Virus record (IMG/VR): IMGVR_UViG_3300025168_013179
Coordinates: 1 to 64,000 of that record
Reading direction: 5' to 3' (one strand)
From: a virus
DNA length: 64,000 nt
Shown: one piece after another, positions 26,687 through 37,459 of the stretch
How the letters are laid out: every line of letters begins with the position of its first letter
Position numbering within the stretch: position 1 is the stretch's first letter
Notes under the pieces: generated by a model
What the model was told of the DNA's origin: nothing
Databases searched by the model: none
The model's input: the letters and a program-made list of their open reading frames with translations, nothing else
Program-made: the position numbers and the translations under genes

Positions 26687-27573
26687 AGTTTAAAATTAGA
26701 TTCGTGATAGTATTTATTATAATTTTCTTTAGCTTCTGCTGATCTTATATCATAAAGATACGAATTTTCTTTCAGCTCAGCAAGTAATTCTTTAGCTTTT
26801 TTTACGTCTCCAACCTCAACAGTTAAAGAAGGGTGACATATTTCTTGAGTATCTAACCCTCTATAACCTATACAAGGTATACCTAAGTAAGCACAATTTA
26901 GAGCAAATGTTCCTGCAGCATGAGTACGCATAAGATGTACTCCATATTTAAATTCATTTAATTTATGAATCCATTGCTTCCAGGTCATATAGGGTAAATG
27001 CTCTATCAATTGTTCTTCCCCTGGTTGTTTTCTTCCCATTGAAGGTGCGATTATTTTATTGAATTGAGATGAGGCAACTATATAAGAATCAAAACCACCG
27101 TACCAATGAACGAAGTTACCTCCAATTATAATACCTTCTCTGTCTACGTCTTTTACATCCCCAATAGCATCTTCTATCATTAAGGTAGACATTACCCTAA
27201 CATCGGGGTGTTCTGTTATACCTTGATAGTAAATCTTATCAGTTTTGTTGTGAGTAAATATAATATCAGCTTCTCGTAATGTATTATAGTACCATATCTG
27301 TTTGTCTAAACTATAGTCTTGAAAGTACCAATGAGGTCCTTCTTGCATTACTCCAACTTTTTTACAATATTTTTTTATTGAATTTATATCGAAGCTAGGA
27401 TCTTTTTTAGGAATAATAACTATACCGATATCATATTGTTGACTTGGTACTTGCCTATAGTTATAATGATCAGCTTCAAGGGTACACATCCAAGCAAACT
27501 CAGTTCTCATATTTTCATGAGTACGAGATACTTTACCATTAAACCCCATTTCAGTAAAAAAAGCTATAGACAT
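26683..27573 (-). CDS. GT-B-like glycosyltransferase
   Basis: C-terminal 'AGTFALNCAYLGIPCIG' resembles the GT-B donor-binding motif; cluster context. Confidence 0.55.
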   Translation of the reverse strand: MSIAFFTEMGFNGKVSRTHENMRTEFAWMCTLEADHYNYRQVPSQQYDIGIVIIPKKDPSFDINSIKKYCKKVGVMQEGPHWYFQDYSLDKQIWYYNTLREADIIFTHNKTDKIYYQGITEHPDVRVMSTLMIEDAIGDVKDVDREGIIIGGNFVHWYGGFDSYIVASSQFNKIIAPSMGRKQPGEEQLIEHLPYMTWKQWIHKLNEFKYGVHLMRTHAAGTFALNCAYLGIPCIGYRGLDTQEICHPSLTVEVGDVKKAKELLAELKENSYLYDIRSAEAKENYNKYYHESNFKL

Positions 27574-28223
27574 TCTGATAACGTTTTATATTCAACTTCC
27601 TTAATAGCTCCTAAAGAAAGTCTCATTTGATTATAATTAGCTTCGTTCCAAACATTGTCATTCCAATCTCCTGCTATATGAGACTGAAACATTATCATAT
27701 TCTCATTGTGAAGACTTATTTCAGTTTCATTAATACCATCGTGTCCAAAAAATGTACTACATTTCCAAGCAAGATTATGATTATGTTCGTAATGTATAGC
27801 TGAATATTTAAATGCTTCACTTAATGAAGTTATTGTAGCCGGATGAGTTAACCAACCAGGATTTCTCCATCCTAAAGGTTTATGATTAACAGCATTCCAT
27901 TCAGTGATACATTTATTTAATCTATCTTCTACTTTTTCTATAGTATCTAATTCAAAGAACTCACACTCTCCTATCCCTTCTCTTTCACATTGATGATAAT
28001 GGCCATGAGCTGCTAATTCAAAATACCCTTTTGATCTAAGCCAGTCAATCCAATCTTTATTCTCTGATAGTTTAGCTTTATGGTGATAGTTGGATGGAAT
28101 AAATAAAGTAAACTTAGCACCGAACTCTTTATTAAGCTCATCTAAGTAGTACATACATTCGTCTCCTTCTACTCCCCATCCTCTCTCAGGATGAATATCA
28201 TCTATGCTTATAGTTACTATCAT
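27564..28223 (-). CDS. Polysaccharide deacetylase (NodB/DUF2334-like)
   Basis: 'ISIDD', 'ELAAHGHYH', 'R.PGW'. Confidence 0.8.
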   Translation of the reverse strand: MIVTISIDDIHPERGWGVEGDECMYYLDELNKEFGAKFTLFIPSNYHHKAKLSENKDWIDWLRSKGYFELAAHGHYHQCEREGIGECEFFELDTIEKVEDRLNKCITEWNAVNHKPLGWRNPGWLTHPATITSLSEAFKYSAIHYEHNHNLAWKCSTFFGHDGINETEISLHNENMIMFQSHIAGDWNDNVWNEANYNQMRLSLGAIKEVEYKTLSECL

Positions 28224-29158
28224 TAAAATATTTTATCTGTTAATTCGAATACTTTACTATAATCGTTAGTACCAGTTTCATTAACAGGGTGATGATATGT
28301 ATTACTATTAATAGCTCCTATTACATCAATAGCAGGATGTACATTATTATTAGATAGCTTCTGAAAGTAAGTATTAGGACCAAAATAATTAGGTCTTAAT
28401 TCTTTTCCTTTATGTACGTAGCTTATTACTGGTTTACCGAACATAGAACAGAGTATAGAGTTACCTCCGCAAACAGTAATAAATCCTGAACAGTTAGCCA
28501 TAATTTTAAGTTGGGTTAAATTATAGTTATCATTAGATCTTTCTACATATTCATCGATTAGTTTAACATTACTAAAGTAATTGGTAAGTCCGTAATCATT
28601 TAATATTCCTATTCCTTCTACATTGGCTTCTATATTATGGTAGCCAGCACTAAGAGAGTTCATTTCATTTTGATCTATTGTAAAATCTTTTTCTTTATTA
28701 GTAGCTCTTTTATATATAACGTTATACCCTTTTTCGTTTAATTTAATAAATAAATCATTAAGACATTTTATATCAAAGAAACCAAAAGGTTTTTCTCCAT
28801 GCTCTAAATTAAATTTATTATTAATAAAAATAGTTGGACGGTCAAATTTATATTCATCATTTTTATAATGATCAGCGTAAGGAGGTGCTTCCCATTTAGA
28901 GTAGTCTAATACTCCTGGTTCTTCTTGTGAATTAATACCATGTATCCAGTCGTTAGGCAGTGTCCCTAAGCCAGCAGCAGCGTTATCTATTGTTCTATAT
29001 TCAAACTCTTCTTTAACGTTATTGCAAAAGTAGTAGAAAGGAGACATACCTCTACTAGTAACTACTCCTTCTAATTGATTATTTTTATGTAACCAATAAG
29101 CATAAGGTATTGATAATGCTAATTCTATTCCAAATTCAGGATTTGTTTTTACTATCAT
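28223..29158 (-). CDS. Putative glycosyltransferase (GT9-like, GT-B)
   Basis: 'EFGIEL...P' N-term and 'FITVCGG.SIL..MFGKP'. Confidence 0.5.
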   Translation of the reverse strand: MIVKTNPEFGIELALSIPYAYWLHKNNQLEGVVTSRGMSPFYYFCNNVKEEFEYRTIDNAAAGLGTLPNDWIHGINSQEEPGVLDYSKWEAPPYADHYKNDEYKFDRPTIFINNKFNLEHGEKPFGFFDIKCLNDLFIKLNEKGYNVIYKRATNKEKDFTIDQNEMNSLSAGYHNIEANVEGIGILNDYGLTNYFSNVKLIDEYVERSNDNYNLTQLKIMANCSGFITVCGGNSILCSMFGKPVISYVHKGKELRPNYFGPNTYFQKLSNNNVHPAIDVIGAINSNTYHHPVNETGTNDYSKVFELTDKIF

Positions 29159-29805
29159 CCTACTTGTTTTATTACTTGAAATGCTTCAGCATATTTACAT
29201 CTTGCTTGTATACCTCTAAACCTACCTAATGTTCTTAGGTTATCAGGTACATCGAAACCTGCTGCTTTATATTTTACTATTTGACTTTTATGACATTTAG
29301 AAGCTTTTATTTTTTCATCGAATGTATCAGTAATGTCAACATAGAAGTTAGTAGTCATTTGATTAGCTGATTGTCTTGCTACAGGAATTTGCTCATAACA
29401 GTATACGTTAGGAACATATCTAGCTGCAGCCATTGTAGCTTTAAATGTAGCGATATGATCTTGATTAGCATCTCCAGCCCAGTGCGTATACACAGTATCT
29501 ATTTTATATTTTTTTATGTACTTTTCTATTCCGCTTACTGTTTCAAATGTAAAAGGAACTTTTAAATCAGTACATGGTAAAAAAGCTACTGCATCTACTT
29601 TAAGATGATTGGCCGCACATCTTACTTCTTCTTGATTTTCTTCTGCTGTTCTTATAACTCTACCTGTCGTTCCATCTACTGATTCTGTACTAGTCATACA
29701 GAGGTATACAGTATAGTCCCCGTTATTTTTATGCTTGACTAATGTACCTCCTACTCCAAATTCGATATCGTCAGGATGTGCTCCTATTGCTAATACTCTT
29801 TTCAT
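29155..29805 (-). CDS. PIG-L/LmbE-family N-deacetylase
   Basis: 'AHPDD', 'H..D.NQDH', 'HKSQ', 'AEAF'. Confidence 0.92.
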   Translation of the reverse strand: MKRVLAIGAHPDDIEFGVGGTLVKHKNNGDYTVYLCMTSTESVDGTTGRVIRTAEENQEEVRCAANHLKVDAVAFLPCTDLKVPFTFETVSGIEKYIKKYKIDTVYTHWAGDANQDHIATFKATMAAARYVPNVYCYEQIPVARQSANQMTTNFYVDITDTFDEKIKASKCHKSQIVKYKAAGFDVPDNLRTLGRFRGIQARCKYAEAFQVIKQVG

Positions 29806-30485
29806 ATAATATACTTACTGTTAGGTCCTTCGTTAAATAATAAATCTAATATATTCATATAAGGAATAAACTTTCCGTGTAATTGATTGTATGTAGGATG
29901 AACATAACGTTGCCATGCTAGTTCCATACCTCTGCTAGTAAAATCATCTTCATTAATATACCTCATAGACCCAGGCCCTGAACCTGTAATGTATGTAGTA
30001 GCTTTAAGTTTCTCTAATATAGTCATTATTCTATCTGCACCTGATACTTTGTTACTGACTAAAGAAGAAGATAGAATTACTTCAGTTTCAATATTTAATA
30101 CTTTTAAAAAGTAATTAATTAAATGAATATTGAGACTACTTAAAGTCTTAAAATCATATAAAAGTATATCATTAATCGAATGAAAATATTCTTTAAAAAA
30201 AGGAGCATCTTTATAAAATATCTCTATTAATCTTAAATGTTCATTTCTCCAATCACTATTTTTAAACCCTATCTCATTAAAATTTTTCTTTTCACTTTTA
30301 CCTAGAACTGGTACGCTTAACCATTTACTGTTATCATGAATTTTAATCTTATTCCTATTACCAAAATGATTCTTGCCTCTAGGGTATTGAACGTTATCAA
30401 AAATAACAAACTTATCGCTTTGTTTTATCTTATTAAAAAAACCTAGCCAAGGTAAGTAGTTGGGTTGATGTATACTAATAGTCAT
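29802..30485 (-). CDS. WbqC-like protein
   Basis: 'HQPNYLPWLGFF.K', 'NRNKI', 'ILDLLFN.G'. Confidence 0.92.
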   Translation of the reverse strand: MTISIHQPNYLPWLGFFNKIKQSDKFVIFDNVQYPRGKNHFGNRNKIKIHDNSKWLSVPVLGKSEKKNFNEIGFKNSDWRNEHLRLIEIFYKDAPFFKEYFHSINDILLYDFKTLSSLNIHLINYFLKVLNIETEVILSSSLVSNKVSGADRIMTILEKLKATTYITGSGPGSMRYINEDDFTSRGMELAWQRYVHPTYNQLHGKFIPYMNILDLLFNEGPNSKYII

Positions 30486-31635
30486 TCAGTAACTCATTAA
30501 CAGAGTTAGCAACATACTCTACTTGATCTAAATCCATTTCTACATACATTGGTAATGCTAAATGTCTTAAAAGTAACTCATCAGCTACAGGGTATGTTTG
30601 ATCTCCTATAAACTCTTCAAAGGCTGGTTGTTCATGACAAGCAGGCCAGTATGCATTAGCAGTTGGTATGCTATACTTAGTTAGTAAATCCTCACAAAAC
30701 TTTGTTCTTTGCTCTAATGAAGTACCTTTAGGAAGTGCCACAATATATTGCCACCAAGTCATTATAGCGTTGTCCGGTATAGTAGGTACTTCTAATTTGT
30801 CTCCGTTTAATAATTCTTTATATCTGTCTGCTAATAAGTTTCTTTTAGCTACAAATTCATCTGTTCTTTTAATTTGAGTCACTCCAATTGCTGCTGCCAT
30901 CTCAGGCATTCTATAATTAGAAGATGCTACTGTACAAGTAACACCGAAGTCTAAACCTGGAACAGGAGCATCATTACGAACACATCCATGGTTTCTAAGT
31001 ATTCTACATTGCTCAGCTATCTTTTCGTCATTAGTAGTCACCATTCCTCCTTCACCAGATGTAATAATTTTTGTAGCAAATAAAGAAAATGCTCCAGCAT
31101 CTCCTAGGTTACCAGCTGAAATATTATCTATACTAGCTCCTACTGCATGCGAGGCATCTTCTAGTAAAACTAAATCCATCTCATCACAGTATTGTTTTAT
31201 TTCTAAGTAATCAGGAGATAATCTACCTCCCATATGTACCCACATAACTCCTTCAGTATATTCATCTATATTATCTTTTATAATATCTAAATTTAAACAC
31301 TGAGTAACAGGATCTATATCGGTAATAACTGGTATGTTATTTGATCTTTCTATAGCACTAACACTAGCGACAAATGTTTGAGTTGGACATAGAATCTTTT
31401 TACCTACTAAACCAGTAGCTCTAATCATAACTTCTAGAGCAGTAGCTCCAGAGTTAGTAGCAATAGCATACTTTGTTCCACATAACTCTGCAAATAGATC
31501 TTCAAATTGTTTTACATACTTACCTTGTATAAACATTCCTGAATCAAGAATTTCTTTCCATGCTTCTTCAATCCATATTTTATCTTCTTTCGGCAAGAAA
31601 GGTTTAGCTCTATAAAGTTTTTTATTTGTATCCAT
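30475..31635 (-). CDS. DegT/DnrJ/EryC1/StrS sugar aminotransferase
   Basis: 'EDASHA', 'FSLFATKIITSGEGG' with catalytic Lys. Confidence 0.93.
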   Translation of the reverse strand: MDTNKKLYRAKPFLPKEDKIWIEEAWKEILDSGMFIQGKYVKQFEDLFAELCGTKYAIATNSGATALEVMIRATGLVGKKILCPTQTFVASVSAIERSNNIPVITDIDPVTQCLNLDIIKDNIDEYTEGVMWVHMGGRLSPDYLEIKQYCDEMDLVLLEDASHAVGASIDNISAGNLGDAGAFSLFATKIITSGEGGMVTTNDEKIAEQCRILRNHGCVRNDAPVPGLDFGVTCTVASSNYRMPEMAAAIGVTQIKRTDEFVAKRNLLADRYKELLNGDKLEVPTIPDNAIMTWWQYIVALPKGTSLEQRTKFCEDLLTKYSIPTANAYWPACHEQPAFEEFIGDQTYPVADELLLRHLALPMYVEMDLDQVEYVANSVNELLNDY

Positions 31636-32419
31636 ATTTATCTTTTCCTAAAGTATTATACCAATTCATAAATTTATCTAATTTTAATTTTATAACTCCA
31701 AAGTCATCTGTGTACGCATTATACATCATATCTAAATCATATGCAGGAGCCCAAAAAACTTTACTATTTCGTTCAATAGCATACTCCTCACCAAGGTATT
31801 CAGCTATAAACTCTATATACTCTGTCATTAAGTAATTTTTTGGATTAGATAGTTCTATTATTTCTGGAGTAAAATTACGTTTATCTACTAGATTATATAT
31901 AAAATTAACTACATCATCTACCCAAGTAATATTGATATAGTAATTACCATCACCAGCTACTGTAACTGGTTTGTAATTTTCTATTTGATTTATTATTTGT
32001 GCTGTTCTAGCTCTATGACTATTTTCTCCATCAATATAAGGAGGTCTAATAATTTTATAATTTTTAAACTTTTCTGCTACTAATAATTCACAAGCTTCTT
32101 TATCAGTTCCGTACTCACCCCATTGTTCTCTCCCTACTGATGCTGAACTAATGAAAATATATTTTGTATCCCAAGGAACTAAATCAGCAAATTTACCGAA
32201 TTGTTCTTCTTTAAACAAACAAAAATCTATTATTAAATCATAAGAGTTAAAGTTAATGTGATTAATAGTAGAAGGATCATTTCTATCTCCAGTTATAATC
32301 TTAGCTCCTTCTGGCCCTGTGCCTGTTCTATTAAATAAAGTTACTCTATTATCCGGTATTAACTTTTCTACTAAAGCCTTACCAACAAATCTATTACCAC
32401 CAAATACAAATATCCTCAT
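31622..32419 (-). CDS. NAD-dependent epimerase/dehydratase (atypical SDR)
   Basis: 'GGNRFVG', 'YGTDK', 'IIRPPYI.G'. Confidence 0.8.
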   Translation of the reverse strand: MRIFVFGGNRFVGKALVEKLIPDNRVTLFNRTGTGPEGAKIITGDRNDPSTINHINFNSYDLIIDFCLFKEEQFGKFADLVPWDTKYIFISSASVGREQWGEYGTDKEACELLVAEKFKNYKIIRPPYIDGENSHRARTAQIINQIENYKPVTVAGDGNYYINITWVDDVVNFIYNLVDKRNFTPEIIELSNPKNYLMTEYIEFIAEYLGEEYAIERNSKVFWAPAYDLDMMYNAYTDDFGVIKLKLDKFMNWYNTLGKDKYGYK

Positions 32420-33279
32420 TATATTAAAGGTATTATTTCTTCTACTGAATATTGATCAACTTGACTAGAATCTAATCCATCTTCTAATATTTTCTCATGT
32501 AAATTTTCTCCCGGTTGTAAACCTATAACTTTAATTTTCTTTTTTCCTCCTTCTGGTAAATACTTTTCGTACATAGCATCTAATAGATTCTCTATACTCA
32601 TAGCTTTCATTGTAGGAACATAAGGTTTAGAATCTTTAGCATTAGTTAAACAATCATATATAAGGTCTAATGCTTGGTCTACAGTCCAAAAGAATCTAGT
32701 AGCTTTTGGTTCAGTGACTATTAATTCTTGATTTGCTTCTATTAAATCTTTCCATTTGCATAGTACTGATCCAGTAGAATATAATACATTACCGTATCTA
32801 ACTATTCTATAATCACAAGTAGGATTTATTCTCTCAAACTGAGTAAATAATCTCTCCATTAGTAATTTAGATGCTCCATATACTCCTGCTACTTGAGCAG
32901 CTTTATCAGTACTAATACCAATTACGAACTCTAAATTCTCTTCTAAAGATTGTTCTAATATATTCATAGAACCTATAGTGTTAGATTTAATAGTTTCCCT
33001 CACAGTTATTTCAGCTAACCCAACATGCTTTGAAGCTGCTAAATGAAACACTCCATCTACTCCTTTCATAGCTTGTCTTACTTCGAACTTATCAGATATA
33101 TCTCCGTTAAGTATTTCTATTTGTGGACACTGTTGCTTAAGATCTATTAATTTACCTTCATCTCTTGAGATTACTCTCACATTAGCTCCTTCAGCTAATA
33201 ACCTTTTTACTAGGGGTACTCCTAAAAAGCCACTGCCTCCAGTCACTAGTAGTAATTTGTTTTTAAAATTGTATTTCAT
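32419..33279 (-). CDS. UDP-GlcNAc 4,6-dehydratase (PseB/FnlA-like)
   Basis: 'TGGSGFLG', 'HLAASKHV', 'STDKA', 'YGASK', 'RYGNV', 'GENLHE'. Confidence 0.88.
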   Translation of the reverse strand: MKYNFKNKLLLVTGGSGFLGVPLVKRLLAEGANVRVISRDEGKLIDLKQQCPQIEILNGDISDKFEVRQAMKGVDGVFHLAASKHVGLAEITVRETIKSNTIGSMNILEQSLEENLEFVIGISTDKAAQVAGVYGASKLLMERLFTQFERINPTCDYRIVRYGNVLYSTGSVLCKWKDLIEANQELIVTEPKATRFFWTVDQALDLIYDCLTNAKDSKPYVPTMKAMSIENLLDAMYEKYLPEGGKKKIKVIGLQPGENLHEKILEDGLDSSQVDQYSVEEIIPLI

Positions 33280-33298
33280 TAAGTATTGTATTATATGT

Positions 33299-33330
33299 TA
33301 ATATAAGAATAATATTTGTTATTTGCAACT
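33299..33330 (-). promoter_or_regulatory. Host-type promoter internal to glycan cluster
   Basis: AGTTG-N17-TCTTATATTA. Confidence 0.7.
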
Positions 33331-34272
33331 GTCAAATACACTTTTCCATGTATGAGCTTTAAAGTTAGGGTTAAATAAATTATAGCAATTCTCTTCGCAC
33401 ATTTTATTAGCTGGTGTATACCAGTTATGAACCTCTCTTTGAGCACCAGGATTAGTTTTATCTAGATTCTCTTCACCTTCAACAAAAGTTCTCTTATCTG
33501 GATGCTTTCTATTATGCACTACGAGTATGTTTTTAAAATGATACTGAGGTATATCGCCAAGTACTTTGTTAGTCATCATCATAAAGGCTGTGTCTTCATG
33601 GATAAAAAATACTGATTTAGGAATATTTACTCCAGCTTTTATAACTTCAGAACTTATTACTAGTCCGCAACCGTTAAACTTATGCGGAGAAACAATACTA
33701 ACATCTATATCTTCTACTTTATCATTAAAAGTATTCATCTCTGCCTTAGTCATCGTATACCTTAAACTCCACCAGTTTTTAGTATCCATCTCAATAAATG
33801 GCTTATCAGTAAACTCCGGATGTTCTAAAGCTTTCCAACTATCATCCCACATCTTACAAATTGCAAAAGTAGCTAAGTACTTTGGAGTTTTAACATTCTG
33901 ATGTAAGTGATTAAGTGCTACAAATGCTTGCTTAGGAACTAACATATCTGTTTCACCCCAAACTAGTACATCTGCTTTTGTACAGTATGTACTATTAAAC
34001 TCTCTTCTATAATCAGCTATGCTATAGAGAGATTCTTTTACACCCAATCTATTTGGAATACTGTTACAAATTTTTCTAATTTTTGTTATAGCTTTATTAA
34101 AATCTGAATCTGAGGTAGGTTTCTCTAGTGTAGTATCGCTGATGATACAGATATCTATTAGTACTTCGCCATCGTAACTCTCAATAGCATCTTTTAGAGA
34201 GTCTATGTAGTACTCTATGATGCTCGATTCATACCATTGTATTAATACCCCTATTGCAAATTTTGTTTTCAT
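33319..34272 (-). CDS. GT-A-fold glycosyltransferase-like protein
   Basis: 'WGETDM', 'HEDT', cluster context. Confidence 0.55.
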   Translation of the reverse strand: MKTKFAIGVLIQWYESSIIEYYIDSLKDAIESYDGEVLIDICIISDTTLEKPTSDSDFNKAITKIRKICNSIPNRLGVKESLYSIADYRREFNSTYCTKADVLVWGETDMLVPKQAFVALNHLHQNVKTPKYLATFAICKMWDDSWKALEHPEFTDKPFIEMDTKNWWSLRYTMTKAEMNTFNDKVEDIDVSIVSPHKFNGCGLVISSEVIKAGVNIPKSVFFIHEDTAFMMMTNKVLGDIPQYHFKNILVVHNRKHPDKRTFVEGEENLDKTNPGAQREVHNWYTPANKMCEENCYNLFNPNFKAHTWKSVFDSCK

Positions 34273-35981
34273 ACTTTACTAGCTATTTCCTCTGCTGCTG
34301 CTACACAGTTACCTATTTTACCGCTAAATAAAACTATAGTATCGTCTTTAAATTCAACTATTGTTGGTCTAGCATCTGTATCATCTTTATTAGGTAGAAC
34401 AGTTCTGACTGTGTACATAGATCCAACATGTATAGCTTTATCTATATCTGGGAAGAACCTCTTGGCAGACTCTATAAATCTTGGTACATTGGTTAGTTTA
34501 GGATCTTTTATAATACCTTTATTAATATAGTCTCTGTATGCAGGAGGAACAATGGCCTCTTCGCCTATGTTAGAACTATGGATAGCGTGGACTACATTAC
34601 CGCCTACATGAAACTTTGTAAAGCCATATGGATCAAAGCACATGAATGGTCCATCCATAACAACTATACTTTTATTTTTATACCTATTAGGGAGAATAAA
34701 TAAAGGCTTTTCGCATAACTCATACTGATAGTTCTTCTTTACTTTATCAAAATCATTTAAAGAACTATAAGTAGATATAACTTTATATTTGTAATCTGAA
34801 AGTTCTTCTAACGTATTTACTTTAGAGTTAAGAAGTAAGTTAATATTACAAGCTTTAATTCTATCCATACATATCTTTCTTAAAGGATCAGGAGCATATA
34901 AACTCTCACTGACTTTAACTGTAAGGTCACAGTTTGGCATAGGGTCCACTATTTCCCAATTTAAATTACATTCATCAAGAGTATGTAAATAATCTCTAGG
35001 AGTAGTCAAACTATCTTCTGACGCTATAGAGTAGTAATGTTCTACGTCATTTATTATAGCAGCGTTATAGTACTTTATAAAACTACTTTCATTATCCTTA
35101 CAGGACATAATAGTATCTTTACTTCTAGGGTAATGGTAACCTCTATGTACTCTGTATTGATTTATACCAGAAGTAGCTGAAAGAATATTATCTTGTTTCT
35201 CAAACAGATCAACATGGTATCCTTTATCAGCTAATTTAATTGCTGCTGTTGTTCCATATATTCCTGCTCCTATTACTGCAACTTTACCGTACAGTAATGG
35301 TTTAAGCTTCTGTACTATTTTTGTAGCAAAGATAGTCCTATAGTAATTACCTGTAAAATCAGCTTCACTGGTAAGTACAGCTGTTAGCATAGTCTCTAAA
35401 GCATCTGTATTTGTTGTAGGTTCTATGTTATGAGTCTTCTTTTTATACCAATCGAAATTGTAATCAAAATGATATAATTCTTTTCCGAATTTCAAAGTAA
35501 ATTCTTTTTCTAACTTTTCATTCTTGATTATATTAAGCTTAAACTTAGTACCTATACCAGCAGTATATATAAGATAAAAATGATGGTATGCTATCCTATC
35601 TAATATATTAGAGTAAGCATAGCCCCATTTTTTATAAGTAAATTTATTAGTATGTGTAATATGTTCATAATTAAGAACATCATCAACATAGAATAAACAG
35701 CTATTATCATTAGCCAACTTATAAAGTTCTTCTACAGCCTCATAATTAAATGCAGCAGGCTTCTCACAAAAAACATTAGTACCTTTTGTAAGGAAATGCT
35801 TTGCTTGTTCATAATGAAACTCACTAGGGCTTGCTATAACTACCCATTCAGATTCATAGTTCCACCATTGGTCTTTTGAACCAAGTACCCATTCTATTTC
35901 TACTCCTTCGATTAACTTTAACTTAGAAAGTATCTTAGAGCCGAATTTACCTTTACCTATCTGACCTACTCTAATGCTCAT
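34269..35981 (-). CDS. Fusion of Gfo/Idh/MocA NAD oxidoreductase and FAD-dependent oxidoreductase
   Basis: N: 'IGKGKFG', 'H.EQAK..L..G..VFCEKP'; C: 'VIGAGIYG...E', 'RVHRGYHYPRS', 'SGKI'. Confidence 0.85.
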   Translation of the reverse strand: MSIRVGQIGKGKFGSKILSKLKLIEGVEIEWVLGSKDQWWNYESEWVVIASPSEFHYEQAKHFLTKGTNVFCEKPAAFNYEAVEELYKLANDNSCLFYVDDVLNYEHITHTNKFTYKKWGYAYSNILDRIAYHHFYLIYTAGIGTKFKLNIIKNEKLEKEFTLKFGKELYHFDYNFDWYKKKTHNIEPTTNTDALETMLTAVLTSEADFTGNYYRTIFATKIVQKLKPLLYGKVAVIGAGIYGTTAAIKLADKGYHVDLFEKQDNILSATSGINQYRVHRGYHYPRSKDTIMSCKDNESSFIKYYNAAIINDVEHYYSIASEDSLTTPRDYLHTLDECNLNWEIVDPMPNCDLTVKVSESLYAPDPLRKICMDRIKACNINLLLNSKVNTLEELSDYKYKVISTYSSLNDFDKVKKNYQYELCEKPLFILPNRYKNKSIVVMDGPFMCFDPYGFTKFHVGGNVVHAIHSSNIGEEAIVPPAYRDYINKGIIKDPKLTNVPRFIESAKRFFPDIDKAIHVGSMYTVRTVLPNKDDTDARPTIVEFKDDTIVLFSGKIGNCVAAAEEIASKV

Positions 35982-36717
35982 ATAAATATTTGTATGTTTT
36001 TTCCATCCAATAAGGAACCGTTTCGTCTTTATTAGGAAGACCGTTAAAGTGCATCACATACCCTGCTTTAGTATGTTGCATCTCTTCGTTTAAACATTCT
36101 TTAGCAGCCATACAACTCATATTATAACTGTAAGGCAGCGCTTTTATTTCTACATTATGTTTCCTTAAAAGATAGTTAAGGGGAGTTTGATCTGTTCCTA
36201 CACCGTATGTCTTTTGACACCAACTAATCATATCTGAATTCTCTGTATAGAACTCTCTCATAATTTTAAAGAAGTCTCTATGTTTATTATTAACAACTTG
36301 AAAGCCGCTGTTAAAGTACTCGTACCAGTTAAAGATAGGTTGGTCAGTAAATAAATGTTTATTATAATTTTCCATAGACCTAATAATCCAATCAAAGTTT
36401 CCATCATCATGAACCATAGTATACTTGTTATCTGTAAGGGTAAAGAAATCAGGTGCATCTGGATGAATTATTGTATCGGCATCTACTATGCATATCTGAT
36501 CAAACTTTAATTCATTAGAATCTAATATATCGAATAGATAATACCTCTGCCATATAACTCCCATATAGCTCATATCAGTAACCGGTTCTTCCATAGTAAG
36601 TATCTCATGGTCATACTTTTTACAGAAGTGCTTCCAGCTATCTATTGATATTTGGTATTCTTTTTTTGTCTTACCGTCTTTCTTTATGTCTATTATAAAA
36701 ACTAAATTTTTACTCAT
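35971..36717 (-). CDS. GT-A glycosyltransferase (GT8/GT34-like)
   Basis: 'DADT', 'YFNSG', 'DQT.LN', 'HFNG'. Confidence 0.8.
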   Translation of the reverse strand: MSKNLVFIIDIKKDGKTKKEYQISIDSWKHFCKKYDHEILTMEEPVTDMSYMGVIWQRYYLFDILDSNELKFDQICIVDADTIIHPDAPDFFTLTDNKYTMVHDDGNFDWIIRSMENYNKHLFTDQPIFNWYEYFNSGFQVVNNKHRDFFKIMREFYTENSDMISWCQKTYGVGTDQTPLNYLLRKHNVEIKALPYSYNMSCMAAKECLNEEMQHTKAGYVMHFNGLPNKDETVPYWMEKTYKYLYEH

Positions 36718-37459
36718 AATGTCCTTTATATTGTTCCCAAACTTGCTTCATTATCTTTATCCTATCTTCAATACCAAATCCAGTAAAATGCCATATGTTA
36801 GCATACTTAATAAAGAACGGGGTCATATCTTCGTTCAATTGCCAGTTATGTTTAAACATATCTTTTTTATGAATTGAAAATAAATTCCATGTAGGAGGAA
36901 TATGTTTTACCTTTATATTATGTTTAGTAAGCATAAAGTTTAATACCGTTTGCTCTTTTCCTACTCCTTCCTTAGAATCTAAACTTGTACTATTTGTTTC
37001 ATAAAATTTTATTAAATCATCATAAAAGTCTTTATGTTTATAAGAAAAGAAACTTACACCTGCATTAATATAGTTTGAAATATCTAATGATGTACCAGGA
37101 AAAAATTCTTTATAAACATTTATTGAATTAAGAATCCATCTTAAAGAGCTTCTATCTACTACTCCACAGTATTCATCATCATATAAATCGAAAGGATTAG
37201 GTGCATCCCATTTGACCATTGTATCAGAATCGACATATATAATCTTATCATACTTATCACCTACTCTTTCAAAGATAGTATGTTTATTCCAAACAGGATA
37301 CTTATACCTAGCTTCATGAGTATCTATAACTAAAAAATCTATATCTTTTTTACCGCACCAAGCTTTCCAACTATTAATACAGTATTGGCTATAATCATTA
37401 TTACGAAACTGAGATGTATTATGATCTATCGCTATGGTATAAATTAGATTTTTGCTCAT
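36710..37459 (-). CDS. GT-A glycosyltransferase (GT8/GT34-like), tandem paralog
   Basis: 'DSDT', 'YINAG', 'EQT.LN', 'HFTG'; start moved to MSKNLIY, matching the neighbour's MSKNLVF. Confidence 0.8.
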   Translation of the reverse strand: MSKNLIYTIAIDHNTSQFRNNDYSQYCINSWKAWCGKKDIDFLVIDTHEARYKYPVWNKHTIFERVGDKYDKIIYVDSDTMVKWDAPNPFDLYDDEYCGVVDRSSLRWILNSINVYKEFFPGTSLDISNYINAGVSFFSYKHKDFYDDLIKFYETNSTSLDSKEGVGKEQTVLNFMLTKHNIKVKHIPPTWNLFSIHKKDMFKHNWQLNEDMTPFFIKYANIWHFTGFGIEDRIKIMKQVWEQYKGHYE

